This document shows positions 36,174-49,100 of a stretch of 64,000 nucleotides of DNA, one piece after another. The DNA comes from Centroscyllium fabricii (Eukaryota): the NCBI GenBank assembly GCA_051313645.2, contig JBNRSN020000020.1, positions 69,502,001 to 69,566,000 on the forward strand. Direction: 5' to 3'. A program made the position numbers and the translations under genes. The notes beneath the pieces were generated by a model that saw nothing but the letters and a program-made list of their open reading frames with translations, had not been told where the DNA came from and ran no database searches. The stretch's first letter is position 1, and each line of letters opens with the position of its first letter.

Positions 36174-37126
36174 ACTTGCTGCTCTCCATTTTAAATTTAT
36201 CAATTAAAATTGTAGCGTAGTCGCTAACTCAATTAAAAGGCGACTCATAAGTACCGAAAATACAAGGCTTTTAATTGATAAAGAATGTAGCTAGTCTCCT
36301 TACAAGTTCACATACAAGAATGAAGGGGCTGGGTCTGGCCACACCTTATATCGGTGTCCCCACCTGGGGAGGAGTCGAGGGTGTGGCTGACCTGGCTCCC
36401 AGCAGTACAATGGCACTTATACAATGGTAGCCATATAAGGCAATGGTAACCATATAAGGGTTACCACATTCTGAACAGAGAGAGAGAGGGATGGTTAAGG
36501 GTACAAGGGATGTAAGGGTAAAGTGAGATATGCAGGAGTAGGTTGACCATGCAGAGTGCTGATGATGGGAGGTGATGGGGAGCAGATTGAGGGTAAGTGT
36601 GATGTTATACTCACTTTTCCTGAGCGTACCAGGTCATTTACCTTTTTCTTGCAGTAGACCTAAGAGCGAGAACACAGCGATCTGGAGCTGACCTCCTCAG
36701 CATTTTGCAGCCAGGCTGCTTTGCTTTGCTGAGGAGGCTTCCTCCATCCAGAGGATGAGAATAGTACCTCCCTGCGCCCTCGCACTCCATCCACAAGAGC
36801 ATGGAGGGAGTCATCATCAAAGCGGGGAGAGGCCTTGGCTCTTGGAGCAGTCATGGGAGCAGTTGCCAGTATGAAAACCAACATAAAAGGATGAAAATGA
36901 AAGAAGGCTGCATGGGCCCCTTAAATGCAGTTGGCTGACAGAATCCAGCAGAGGCGAACAGCAGACCCGAAATCACTAATTGGGCCTGGTAGTGCGCACG
37001 CAGGGATTCAATAGGGCAATTAAGGTGAAATTTCAATTTCTGACCGGCTGAAAGCCGAGGCAGGACCGGAACCCACCGACCACCAGACCCACACCCATCC
37101 CGCCACAACTGATAAAATCGCGCCCA

Positions 37127-37480
37127 AAGTATTTGTTCAATTTCTCTGCCATTTTCTTATTCCCCATTATAATTTCTCCTGTTTCAGCCTTAAAAGAACC
37201 CACATTTACTTTTGCTAATTTCTTCCTTTTTACATACCTCTAGAAGTTTTTACTGTCTGTTTTCATGTCTCTCGCTAGTTTATTCTCATTCTATTTTCCC
37301 TTTCTTTATCAATTTCTTGGTCCTCTTTTTGTTGAATTCTAAAATCCTCCCAATCCTCAGGCTTACTGCTCTTTTTGGCAGCATTATAAGCCTCTTCCTT
37401 TGATCTAATACTATCTGTAACTTCTCTGGTTAGCCACGGTTGGACCACTTTTCCTGTGGGTTTTCTGTGCCTTAAAGGAG
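37127..37480 (-). mobile_element. CR1 ORF2 internal fragment
   Basis: QPWLTREVTDSIRSKEEAYNAAKKSSKPEDWEDFR resembles the CR1 EN-RT linker. Confidence 0.65.
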
Positions 37481-37754
37481 TGATTAGCTGTGTGAATAGC
37501 TTTAATGAGTGAGGCTTCAAGGGGTTGCCACCTGAATCCTGAACCTTTTGATATTCTGTGCGAACAACTTCAAATTCTGCAGCAGGGCCTACTTTGCAGC
37601 TGCAACCTGTAGTGTAAAGGGGATGTTAATTGTAATTGTGTTGATAACACTGTATTTAGACCAGATGTTTCAGCCAATATATGTTTATCTGATTTAAGTA
37701 GAACTTTGTTACTTCAGGGTCAAATTGTTGTGTAATATTAAGGAATTCCCGGTA

Positions 37755-38167
37755 GGGTGGCATGGTGGCACAGTGGTTAGCACTGCTGTCTCACAGCACT
37801 GGAGACCCGGGTTCAAATCCGGCCTCGGGTACTATCTGTGTGGAGTTTGCACATTCTCCCCGTGTCTGCGTGGGTTTCCTCCGGGTGCTCCGGTTTCCTC
37901 CCACAGTCCAAAGATGTGCGGGTTAGGTTGATTGGCCAGGATAAATTGACCTTTAGTGTTAGGTGGATTGAATATGTGGGGTTACGGGGATAGGGTGGGA
38001 TATGTGTCAGTGCAGGCTCGATAGGGATCAAGGGATATGGGGAGAGGGCAGGGGCGGGGTACTGGGTTTGGATGATCAGCCATGATCTCATTGAATGGCG
38101 GAGCAGGCTCGAAGGGCCGAATGGCCTACTCCTGCTCCTAGTTTCTATGTTTCTATGCTTCTATGTT
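37755..38167 (+). mobile_element. HE1-like V-SINE
   Basis: tRNA head, V-domain, CR1 tail. Confidence 0.88.
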
Positions 38168-38634
38168 TTCTCGAAGTCTGAACTTGAATCTGAATTAAGC
38201 AAATGCAAGTTGCGCTGCTGAGCCATGTCAATTGGTTCTGCTATTGATTTTAATGGGTTTTAACTGGTTCTCCGATTTCTAAGCATGATCTTCATTGAAC
38301 TGACTATCCAGATGGAGGTCAGGTTAGTCCTCCCGAAGAATTTATTCGCTGTGATTGTGGCTCTGACTCCTATTTCTCCAGAATTAGTTCATATGTTTTA
38401 CAATTGTCTTTTCTTTTATGGACTTCACTCACAGAATGGCACTTTGGTGTGAAAGGTTACTGATTGCTCAGAGATGAGGTGATGGAGGTGCAAACAGAAA
38501 TATTGGTTAATGCTATCCAGGAGGCATTTTATTTGTAACTTTGTAGAACTAATGGAAAGATAAAGCAACCAGTGATGCTAGCCAAAAGCATTTTGCCATA
38601 TATTAAAGCCCAATATTGTTTATTTCCCCTCCAG

Positions 38635-38738
38635 GATGTTGCAACTATGCAATTCTGTGCCAATAAACTTGACAAGAAAGATTTCTTCGGAAAATCAGAT
38701 CCTTTCATGGTCTTCTATCGAAGCAATGAAGATGGAAC
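38635..38738 (+). CDS. CPNE5: Copine (CPNE5-like) coding exon, start of C2B domain
   Basis: TTTCCCCTCCAG | [34 protein letters not shown]+AC | GTAAGT; 104 bp. DVATMQFC fits CPNE5 best as I recall the paralogs; CPNE9/8 not excluded. Confidence 0.9.
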
Positions 38739-38791
38739 GTAAGTATTATTTTTAGATTCATTGAGGAATTTAACAATGTTTTTAAATCAAT

Positions 38792-39611
38792 GGGCCCTGT
38801 TTTCCTGTGTGCCGGTTAGTGCGTGCGCTAGGACCCTGGGGACTCCTAATCGCACGCACCAACATTTTTCAGAATTGTGAACATCAATTTCCTCCCCGAT
38901 CCTGCGCTGCGTGGCAGTCCAGCCACGCTAGGTGCGCAGTGTAAGCCCCGCCCACAGACCCCAAATTTAAATAAAAAACGCCCCCCAGTTCCCTCATTTA
39001 AATGAACAGATCCCGAGTCGGACTTTTGTGAGAGTAGGGAAGTGCGGAGCTGCACTAACAGATTGGTGGGGAGCAGCGCGGGGGCACAGCAGCTTCTCAG
39101 AGGAAGAAACGGAAGGTAAGTCTGCCATTTTTTCCTCTTAGATTTTTTATAGCTAGAGAGTTAAAAATTTCAGAAATTTAACTTTAAAAATTAGCGATTT
39201 GAAACAGGTAAATTAACTTAAAATCGGATTTGTAATTAAAAAAAAACAACTTTAACTTAAAAATTTAACGCTACCGATCTGGCCACTCTACTCCCAAAAA
39301 CTGTAAAAAATTAAAATTAAAGTAAAAAAATTAACTTACCTGCTTCAATAACTAAATCTTCTCCCTCTTACTACTGTTTTTTTCGTGGGCAGCTTGTGAG
39401 CCAGTTGCACACGGAATCACTCTCTAAAAATCACCCGTTCTGACAGGAAATCGTCAGTGCAAGGTCTTCCTGCGTTGGAAGCTGACGGGCCTTGCCCATC
39501 AGCACAGGAAATTCCCGTTTGTGGGAATCACCCGTGCTGCACACCCACGAGGCATTTCTGAACCTCCTTCGTGGGTGTGCAGCTCCTCTGGAGCACAGGA
39601 AAACAGGGCCC
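38792..39611. mobile_element. PIF/Harbinger-type MITE
   Basis: 18-bp TIR GGGCCCTGTTTTCCTGTG / CACAGGAAAACAGGGCCC, 3-bp TSD AAT, AT-rich core. Confidence 0.8.
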
Positions 39612-39907
39612 AATATTTTGTTTTTAAATCAATATTTCTTTTTAGAAACCAAAAGGTAAAAATTTTTTTTAAACTTTTATTGTTTTCTGCCTGTTTCTGG
39701 CAAATTATTTCAGTACTTTTAAATGGTGAGTTCTGATATTATTAAGGAAGTTGGTTTGAAGGATATACTGAGTCCACTTGTGTGATGGAGCCCTCCAGAC
39801 AGTAAGTTAGAGGATAATGGCCAGTTGGAGATGTTGAGAACCTTGTGTAGTGGTCTTTGTGCCACTAGAGTTACACATAACGTGTGACCTGCTAAATCTT
39901 TCGGGGT

Positions 39908-40490
39908 CATAGAAACATAGAAAAATAGGAGCAGGGTTAGGCCGTTTGGCCCTTCGGGCCTGCTCCGCCATTCAATATGATCATAACTGATCCTCTATCT
40001 CAATACCATATTCCCCCTCTCTCCCCATACCCCTTGATGCATTTTGTGTCTAGAACTCTATCTATCTCCTTCTTAAATATATTCAGTGACTTGGCCTCCA
40101 CAACCTTCTCTGGTAGAGAATTCCACAGGTTCACCACCCTCTGAGTGAAAGAATTTCTCATCTCAGTCCTAAATGTCCTACCCCATATCCTGAGTCTGTG
40201 TCTCCTCGTTCTAGACTCTCCAGCCAGGGGAAACATCCTCCCTGCAACCAGTCTGTCTAGCCCTGTCAGAATTGTATACATTTCAATGAGGTCCCCTCTC
40301 ATTTTTCTAAACTGTAGTGAATACCGGCCTAGTTGACCCAATCTCTCCTCACTTGACAGTCCTGCTATCCCAGGAATCAGTCTGGTGAACATTTGCTGCA
40401 CTCCCTCTATGGCAAGTATATCCTTTCTTAGGTAAGGAGGCCAAAACTGCACACACTACTCCAGGTGTGGTCTCACCAAAGCCCAGTACA
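39908..40490 (-). mobile_element. CR1 3' fragment
   Basis: QFWPPYLRKDILAIEGVQ..FTQRVVNLWNSLP plus tail. Confidence 0.88.
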
Positions 40491-40629
40491 GCTGTATCCT
40501 TTCTCTCTCCCTCTTTCTGTATTGGGTTCTCTTTCACTCTGTCTCTCTGTCTCTCTCTCTTAATTCTGCACATTCTCACAAGCTATTGCCATCCCACATT
40601 ACAACAGTGGCTCCACTTCAGGCATCATT

Positions 40630-41400
40630 ATGGTTAGCACTGTTGCCTCACAGCACTGGAGACCCGGGTTCAAATCCAGCCTCGGGCACTATCTGTGTGG
40701 AGTTTGCACATTCTCCCCGTGTCTGCGTGGGTTTCCTCCGGGTGCTCCGGTTTCCTCCCACAGTCCAAAGATGTGCGGGTTAGGTTGATTGGCCAGGATA
40801 AATTGACCCTTAGTGTTAGGGTGATTGAATATGTGGGGTTACGGGGATAGGGTGAGGTATGTGTCGATGCAGGCTCAATAGGGATCGAGGGATATGGGGA
40901 GAGGGCAGAGGCGGGGTACTGGGTTTGGATCAGTGGTCCCCAACCTTTTTGGGATGGCGGCCCAATTTGGGCTTGTCAATTTTTTCGCGGACCAGGGGGG
41001 GGGGGTGCTGCCGGAGATTTTTTGACTGACCGGGGGGGGGGGTGCTGGCGGAGATTTTTGGACTGACCGGGGGGCGGTGTTGCCGGAGTTTTTTTGACTG
41101 ACCGGGGGGTGGGCGGGGTGCTGGCGGAGTTTTTTTGACTGACCGGGGGGGGGGGTGGGGGGTGCTGGCCCGTCGGCAATTGATCTGCGCATGCGCCGAT
41201 TCACAGACCCTGCCGCGGACCGTCGGCAATTGATCTGCGCATGCGCCGATTCACAGAACCTTCCGCGGACCAGTAAAACTGTTCCGCGGACAGGCGGTTG
41301 GGGACCACTGGTTTGGATGATCAGCCATGATCTCACTGAATGGCGGAGCAGGCTTGAAGGGCCGAATGGCCTTCTCCTGCTCCTAGTTTCTATGTTTCTA
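40630..41400 (+). mobile_element. HE1-like V-SINE interrupted by a hAT MITE
   Basis: SINE sequence continuous across 40931-41310. Confidence 0.85.
40931..41310. mobile_element. hAT (Charlie-like) MITE
   Basis: TIR CAGTGGTCCCCAACC / GGTTGGGGACCACTG, 8-bp TSD GTTTGGAT. Confidence 0.9.
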
Positions 41401-41436
41401 TTATCCCTACATTGCAAGTTCCTGATATATTATATA

Positions 41437-42056
41437 CAGGTTGAACACCATTAATCCGGCAGGGTCGGGACCAGCACCCTACCGGATTTTTGAAAATGCC
41501 GACTGATTGAAGCCACGGCGAGCGCATGCGCAGATCATTCAAAATGGTCGCCGGAAGTTTAAACTCAGTGGCTGCAGCCAATCACAGCCCCCGGGTTCAC
41601 ACACCACCTGACCCGAGACAGGCAAGCTCCACCAATCACAGCCCAGCTCACACACCACCTGATCCTAGACAGGCGGATTTCACCAATCACAGTCCTAGGC
41701 TGCTCCTCATACACCACCTGACCCCAGACCACCAATCACAGACCCGTGCTGAGCCTCACATATCACCTGACCCCCAGACCACCAATCACAGCCCCGGGCT
41801 GCGCCTCACACACCACCTGACCCCCAGACCACCAATCACAGACCCGGACTGCTCCTCACACACCACCTGACCCCCAGATAGCCAAATCTCACCAATCACA
41901 GCCCACCTCATACACCACCTGATCATAGGCAGGCAAGCTCCAGCAAGCATCAATCGTGGTGGCCATTTTGTGCATGCGCAGGGCAGTTAGGCAAATTTAT
42001 GCCAGATGACTGAAGCTGCCGGCTTAACAGTTAACAGATTAACGGTGTTCAACCTG
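41437..42056. mobile_element. Tigger-like MITE with CCAATCACAG-containing tandem repeats
   Basis: TIR CAGGTTGAACACC.TTAATC, TA TSD; about 8 CCAATCACAG..CACACCACCTGA units. Confidence 0.82.
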
Positions 42057-42186
42057 TACCAGCAATTGGGAGCTTGCTGTTTAGGGGAGAATATCCGATG
42101 CTGCTTCAGGGACATTATGGCCTGCAGCAGCAGTTTAAAGGAAAGCACATGTTTTGGTGGGTTTGACATGTAAAATCATATGGAAA

Positions 42187-42420
42187 ATGGAACAGAGGTG
42201 TAGATTAACTCCAAGGTTTGCAAATGTCACAGTAGAGGTACTGCTAAAAAGAAGTTTGGCAGAGAAAGCTTCCCTGCTTGACACTTTAGGGCAGCCTTCT
42301 CACAAGAGAGTGGTACAGAGCACATGGAAAGAGGTAGCACTCCTAGTAAATGCTGTTTGTAACCCTCAGAGGACCTAGCAGCAAATGCACAAGTTCAGAG
42401 AGCTCACTGCATCACCTAAG
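42187..42420 (+). pseudogene. Second Harbinger-type Myb/SANT exon remnant
   Basis: PRFANVTVEVLL..TWKEVALLVNAVCNPQRT*QQ..KF then GTAAGA donor. Confidence 0.5.
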
Positions 42421-42860
42421 GTAAGACTATACACCATTACTATACATCAAGTAGATAAGTAAAGTATGCATGCCAGAAAATGTTCCTTCCCACTCAGACT
42501 AAATTACAACTCTTCGAATATCAACTGTGCATCCCCATTCTGCAGCAGGGCACACTTTGCAGCTGCAAGCTATATCTAAAACTCTTGCCACACTGACATC
42601 CTTAAAGGGTTTACTCTATTAAAAAAGCAATGAAAACAAATGTAGCTGCATGATGCATGTACATGTACTTACAGCCATGATGGGTTGCAGCATGGCTACT
42701 TGGGTGTCACTGCATGCGCTCCTGACACTTCTAACCTCTCAACTCTTCTTCTCTGGTTGCAAGACAAGGTGGTGCAGAACAGAATGGAATGGAGACGCAT
42801 GAGAGAAAGGCCCTGCGATGCGAGCCCCTTGAGTTATTTCCAAGAGGCCACACTGCACAC

Positions 42861-43250
42861 CTTCTTCTTTCGTGTATCGTCATTTTTTTTTCATATGTCC
42901 AGCTCCGTGTCGTGCAGCCACACCCTCGTCTCAGGTCCCACTCGGAAGAGGCCCTCCTCCGAAGGTGGTCTATGCAGGGGACAGGCGGTGGTAATGTGGT
43001 CGGCAGTCTGCTCCGGCTCCCCGCACTCACACGCCGCGCTGTCTGTCAGGCCCCACCTCTTCATGGAGGCCTTGAAGCAGCCGACCCCGGTGCGTAGGCG
43101 GTTCAGGAGGGTCCATTGCCGGCGGGGTAGGTCCTCTCCCTCAACGCCGTCTCCAGGATCCCGGATGTATTGGTGCAGGCGTGTATGTCCTGCCGACTCC
43201 CACTCTTGCTTCCAGGCTACCGCCAGCCAGGCTTTCATTGTCCAGTCCTC
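42861..43250 (-). mobile_element. Ingi/Vingi-like LINE 3' end
   Basis: LPRRQWTLLNRLRTG..WG..CECGEPEQTADHITTACP zinc knuckle; tail ACGAAAGAAGAAG. Confidence 0.7.
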
Positions 43251-43429
43251 CGGAGTAGAAACAAGCCATGCCATGCATAGAGTGGGGAGAGTGAGATTTG
43301 AGCTTCCCCTCAAGGGAAGGGCTAGTTCTACCCTTCTTCTGTCCCCCTTCTCCTCCTACCTAGACACTCACAATCTCCCAATAAGGCACACACTCGAGCA
43401 CAGTGTCAAAGAGTATGCTTGAAAGGTGT

Positions 43430-43830
43430 CATAAGAACATAAGAACATAAGAAATAGGAGCAGGAGTAGGCCAATCGGCCCCTCGAGCCTGCTCCGCCAT
43501 TCAATAAGATCATGGCTGATCTGATCCTAACCTCAATTTTATTTTTACTCTCCACCCCGCCCAGACCAATGTGATCACCTGGGAGAGGTGAAAAACCAGA
43601 TATTAAAAAAAAAAAAAGTAGCCAATTTTGGAGAAAAAAAAAAATAATCAGGAAAATTCCTCTCCGACCCATCTAGGCGATCGAAAACTGGTCCAGGACA
43701 TCACATGGCCGATCTGAACCTAGCCTCACGTCCACTTACCAGCCCGTTCACCATAACCCCTAATTCCCTTTAATTCCAGGAAACTGTCTATCTCAGTTTT
43801 AAATTTATTCAACGTAGTAGCTTCTACAGA
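43430..43830 (-). mobile_element. CR1 3' end
   Basis: (ATAAGAAC)n tail and AGGAGCAGGAGTAGGCC..CCTCGAGCCTGCTCCGCCATTCAA on the + strand. Confidence 0.7.
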
Positions 43831-43964
43831 CAGACAGCATTCTAGCCATTGCTACTGTTCTCCATTTGTAGGTGTGGGGCAGGCTTTATGGTCTTTTACT
43901 GACTGTCATTTTTGTATATTTGTATCCCACAAGAAGCAGTAACAACTCTGATTCCTAAGAAACC

Positions 43965-45190
43965 AGCAGAGCACTTACTCACCAATAATCTGCTCACCGA
44001 TGCTCAGTTTGGATTCCGCCAGGACCACTCAGCTCCAGACCTCATTACAGCCTTGGTCCAAACATGGACAGAAGAGCTGAATTCCAGAGGTGAGGTGAGA
44101 GTGACATCAAGGCAGACCGAGTGTGGCATGAAGGAGCCCTAGTAAAATTGAACTCAGGGGGAGAACTGGCCATTGGCTAGAGTTATACCGAGCATAAAGG
44201 AAGATGGTTGTGGTGATTGAAGGTCAATCATCACAGCCCCAGGACATCACTGTAGGAGTTCCTCAGGGCTGTGTCCTAGGCCCAACCATCTTCAGCTGCT
44301 TCATCAATGACTTTCCCTCCATCATAAGATCAGAAGTGGGGATGCTCGCTGATGACTGCACACTGTTCAGCTTCATTTGCAACTCCTCAGATAAAGAAGC
44401 AGTCCATGCCTGCATGCAGCAAGACCTGGATGACATTTGGGTTGATAAGTGACAAGTAGCAGTCGTGCCATACAAGTGCCAGGCAATGACTATCTCCAAC
44501 AAGAGAGCATCTAACCACCACCCCTTGACATTCAACAGCATTAACATCGCTGAATACCCCTTCAGCAACATCCTGGGAGTCACCATTGACCAGAAACTTA
44601 ACTGGACCAGCCACATAAATATTGTGGCTACAAAAGTAGGTCAGAGGCTGGGTGTTCTACAGCAAGTGTCTCACCTCCTGACTCCCCAAAGCCTTTCCAC
44701 CATCTACAAGGCATAAGTCAGGAGTGTGATGGAATACTCTCCACTTGCCTGGATGAGTGCAGCTCCAACAACACTCAAGAAGCTCAATACTATCCAGGAC
44801 AAAGCAGCCCACTTGACTGGCACCCCATCCACCACCTTAAACATTCACTCCCTCCACCACCGGCGTACCGTGGCTGCAGTGTGTACCATCTACAAGATGC
44901 ACTGCAGCAACTCGCCAAGCCTTCTTCGAGAGCACCTCCCTAACCCACGACCGTTTCCACCTAGAAAGACGAGGGCAACACAGGCGCATGGAAACACCAC
45001 CACCATCGCCGTTCCTTCATCATCGCTGGGTCAAACTCCTGAAACTCCCTCCCTAACAGCATTACGGGAGTGCCTTCACCATGCGGACACCAGTAGTTCA
45101 AGAAGGCGGCTCACCACCACCTTCTCGAGGGCAATTAGGGATGGGCAATAAAAGCTGGCCTTGCCAGCGACACCCACACCCCAGGAACAA
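43965..45190 (+). mobile_element. Degenerate CR1/L2-group LINE, RT to 3' end
   Basis: QFGFRQDHSAPDL, GVPQGCVLGP, MLADDCTL, ILGVTIDQKLNW, MEYSPLAW; many stops and frameshifts. Confidence 0.8.
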
Positions 45191-46028
45191 TTTTTTTTTA
45201 AATGCCAGCAGCAAGGGTCTGTCTGGAATAGATGCAGATGAAGGCTGCTGCCTCTCAAAGTGATGCCGTATGTGGCTCCTTTCACACTTCTGCCACTTAC
45301 ATGACAACTGGGGCAGAAAGCAGGCAGGACCACCCAAACACCAGAGCAGTGAATGTAATGAATTCAATTGTAAGATAATCTCATGACCAAGCACAAGAAG
45401 GCAGAAGGCCATTTCGTTACCAAGAGGCTCCCTCTGATGACCAGTAACCAGTTATTTCACTTACTCTAGGCACCAGGGACAACACTAGATGTAGAACATG
45501 GAAAACACCAAGTGGAAGCAGAAGAGCAAAAATATTGAGCACCGCAGGAAAATAAATTACTTTTAATTTTAGTCCAGAATTTTTCTTTCTGCTGATTCAA
45601 GTTAAATTGGAAGCAAATGTCCACATTCACCTTGAAATCCATGATTGGGAAGTTTTGAAAACAACCTTCATTATTAAGACAACAGTGATCTGGCAATTGG
45701 CATTGGAATCTGTAACTTCCATTTAGATACTGTATTCTACCCTGAGATGGAATGTACATTGATACTCTATTGTAGACACTACTGTACAGTCAAGGAAATA
45801 AAGAAAGAACTTGTATTTATGTCATGCCTTTCACAACCTCAGGGTGTCTCAAAAGTGCTTCACAGCCAATGAAGTATCATTGTTATAATGTAGGGAAACG
45901 TGCCAGTCAATTTGTGCACAGCAAGGTCCCACAAAAAGCATGATGTGGAGGTGCCGGCGTTGGACTGGGGTGGACAAATGCAAGAAGTCACACAACACCA
46001 GGTTATAGTCCAACAGTTTTATTTGAAA

Positions 46029-46065
46029 TCGCAAGCTTTCGGAGCGCTGCTCCTTCATCAGGTGA
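46029..46065 (-). ncRNA. Minimal hammerhead ribozyme motif in Penelope pLTR
   Basis: TCAC-CTGATGA-A-GGAGC agc GCTCC-GAAA-GCTT-GCGA. Confidence 0.65.
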
Positions 46066-46188
46066 AAGAGAAGTTCATTTAATGACAGCAAATATACAAG
46101 GGAGAGAGCAGTCTAATCTCTCCAACATCACACCTCAGCAGAGAGACATACAGAGCAGTCAAAAGGTGTTTTAACATATTTTAACATA

Positions 46189-49100
46189 TGTGGTAACCAT
46201 AATTGTCTATAGTTTACCACTACAATATTGGTGCCAATATTGCCATGTATATAGTTAAACATGTTGCGACACTGTCGTGGAGCCAGGTCAGCCACACCTC
46301 TAACTCCTCCCCCAGGTGAGGCCCTTTATAGGTGAGGACTGACCGGGCTCACTCATTCTGTTCCTGTTTGTTCGTTCGGAGTGTAGCTCCAAAGTAAGTC
46401 AATAAAAGCCTGTAGTTAAGGTCACTACTCGTCTTTGACTTTATTGAGTAAATTGACGATACGTCAATTTTATTGACTTATAAATTTGAAATGGAGAGCG
46501 GTGCGGTAAAACCAGAGAAGCTGGACATCAGTCCACAGGACCCAGCCGCCGCCACTATCTACGAACACTGGTTCGGTCTCCTGGAGGCCTACATGGACGC
46601 CGCCAAGGCTACAACCAACGGGAACAAGCTACAGGTTCTCCGGTCTAGGATCTCCAGCCGAGTATTCTCCCTCATTCGGGATGCCAAAACCTACCCAGTG
46701 GCAGTGGAGAAACTGCGAAAATGTTACGAGCGCCCGGTCCACTCAGTCTACGCCAGACATGTGCTCGCAACCAGACCACAACTACCGGGTGAGTCGAATG
46801 AACAATTCGAGCAGGCACTCCAGGCCCTAGTACGGGTCTGTGGCTGCCAACCACGGACAGCAGAGGAGGAGGCGAATCTCCTCGTCCGTGATGCCTACGT
46901 AACAGGCCTAAGGTGCGTTGAGGCCCGCCAGCGGCTGCTAGAGAAAGACTCTTTAACCCTAGAGGAGGCGATCGCCATCTCAAACTCGGTGGAAGGGGCA
47001 CGCAACAAGCTGCAGGCGTACAGCGGCACAAACCCGCAGGTCTACGACGCGTGGGCCGCGCCACAACGGGCCCAGGCCTGGGCAGCACCACAACGGGCCG
47101 AGACCCCCACGATGGCAGCGACAGCTGCAAAAACGCAGGCGGACAGACGGTGCTACTTCTGCGGCCAGGGACTGCATCCACGGGCGAGATGCCCAGCGAA
47201 GACCGCGACCTGCGAGAGGTGCTCCAAGAAGGGACACTATGCAAAGGCCTGCAGATCAGCCCCGGCGCCCAACTCCAGGTACAACAGCGCAGCCTGCGAA
47301 AGCTCCGCCAGGACTCAGGTAAGCTGCAATTGCAGCGCGATCCAGCGACGGTCCAGGGGTAGAAGAAAAGCGCCCCCATCTCCCACCCTGATGCGGCAAA
47401 GGCCGGCTGCACCCACGGCACGCCAAGCGCGACCCCCCAACGCCAGCAGCACACACAGCGCGGCCCGCTGCGTGCGAATCACGGGCACCGCCAACCCAAC
47501 CACCGCGGCTCGCTGCGTGCGAACCACGGGCACCGCCAACCCAGCCACCGCGGCCCACTGCGTGCGAACCACGGGCGCCGCCAGCGCGCTCACAGCGGTC
47601 AGCCGCGTGCGAACCATGGGCGCCGCCATCTTGTCTCCAACGGCCCGCCATGTGCGACCCCTCGGCGCCGCCATCTTGTCTCCAGCGGCCCGCCATGTGC
47701 GATCCCTCGGCGCCGCCATCTTGTCTACAGCCCCAACCAGCAGGGGGCCCCCACACACAAACGCACACTCCGGCCTCAGCCATACCAAAAGTCGACCAGG
47801 CTAGGCCGCACACCCTATCGAACTTGATCATGCCGATCAAAATTAACGGCCATACTACTAATTGCCTGTTCGACACTGGAAGCACAGAGAGCTTCATCCA
47901 CCCCGATACAGCGCAGCGCTACAGACTGCAGATCCTGCCCACACGCTACCAAGTCTCCCTTGCTTCACAGTCCCACACCGCGGACGTCACCGGCTACTGC
48001 TCCATCACGCTCACAGTCAAGGGTTGTGTGTACCGTAACTTTAAGTTGTACACCCTCAAGCAGTTGTGCGCCCCAGCCTTACTAGGTCTGGATTTCCAGT
48101 GCCACCTCAAGAGCGTGACAATGGAGTTCGGCGGGACCCTGCCCCCCTCACCGTCAGTAGCCGGGACAGTCCCTTCCCAAAGCGGAGCCCGGCCTGTGGC
48201 TTCTCCACCCTGAAAATCGACCCCCCCTCACTGTTCGCCAATCTCGACCCCAACTGCAAGCCTATTGCTACTAAGAGTCGGCGGTATAGTGTGGGGGATC
48301 GGACATTTATCAGGTCGGAGGTCGGGCGTATGCTGAAGGAGGGGATAATTGAAGCCAGCACCAGCCCCTGGCGGGCCCAGGTTGTAGTGGTAAAGACTAG
48401 CGAGAAACAGCGGCTGGTTATCGATTACAGCCAGACGATTAACCGCTACACCGGGCTCGACGCCTACCCCCTCCCCCGCATCTCGGACATGGTCAGCCAG
48501 ATCGCCCAATATAAGGTGTTCTCCACGATCGACCTTAAGTCGGCGTATCACCAACTCCCGATCCGGAAAGCCGACCGCCAGTACACCGCCTTCGAGGCGA
48601 ACGGTCGGCTCTACCACTTCTTCCGGGTCCCCTTCGGCATGACCAATGGAGTGTCAGTGTTCCAACGGGAGATGGACCGCATGGTTGACCAGAACGGGTT
48701 GCGGGCCACCTTCCCTTACCTGGACAACGTGACTATCTGCGGCCATGACCAGCAGGACCACGATGCCAATCTGGCCAAATTCCTTGACACGGCGGAACGG
48801 CTGGACCTTACGTATAACAAGGACAAATGTGTCTTTAATACAGATCGGCTCGCCATCCTCGGATACGTGGTGGAGAATGGGGTCCTTGGCCCCGACCCAC
48901 AGCGTATGCGCCCCTTACAGGAACTGCCCCTTCCTCACAACCCCAAAGCCTTGAGGAGATGCCTAGGATTTTTCTCCTACTATGCACAATGGGTCCCACA
49001 GTTCGCGGACAAGGCTAGACCACTCCTCAAGGCTGCCGTCTTCCCCCTCTCGGTAGAAGCCCAAACGGCATTCGCCCGGATAAAGGAAGACATCATCAAT

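Larger units (their letters stand above)
27101..36468 (-). mobile_element. Ty3/Gypsy element family B, full-length but frameshifted, carrying nested element C
   Basis: 258-bp LTRs 27101-27358 and 36211-36468 (1 mismatch seen), TSD TTCTG, PPT AAGAAGGGGTGAA; gag ATG 36189; ORF pieces 29683-31569, 28511-29752, 27360-28679. Confidence 0.96.
25930..37126 (-). pseudogene. PIF/Harbinger Myb/SANT-like gene remnant with introns, split by an HE1 SINE and Gypsy B/C
   Basis: Exon about 36615-36855 PRFDDDSLHALVDGVRGRREVLF..AW..AEEV..RKKVNDL then GTGAGT; exon about 26345-26504 EKRAHNKWERARTGGGPP after TTACAG; GGGCGCGATTTT TIR-like end at 37126. Confidence 0.65.
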
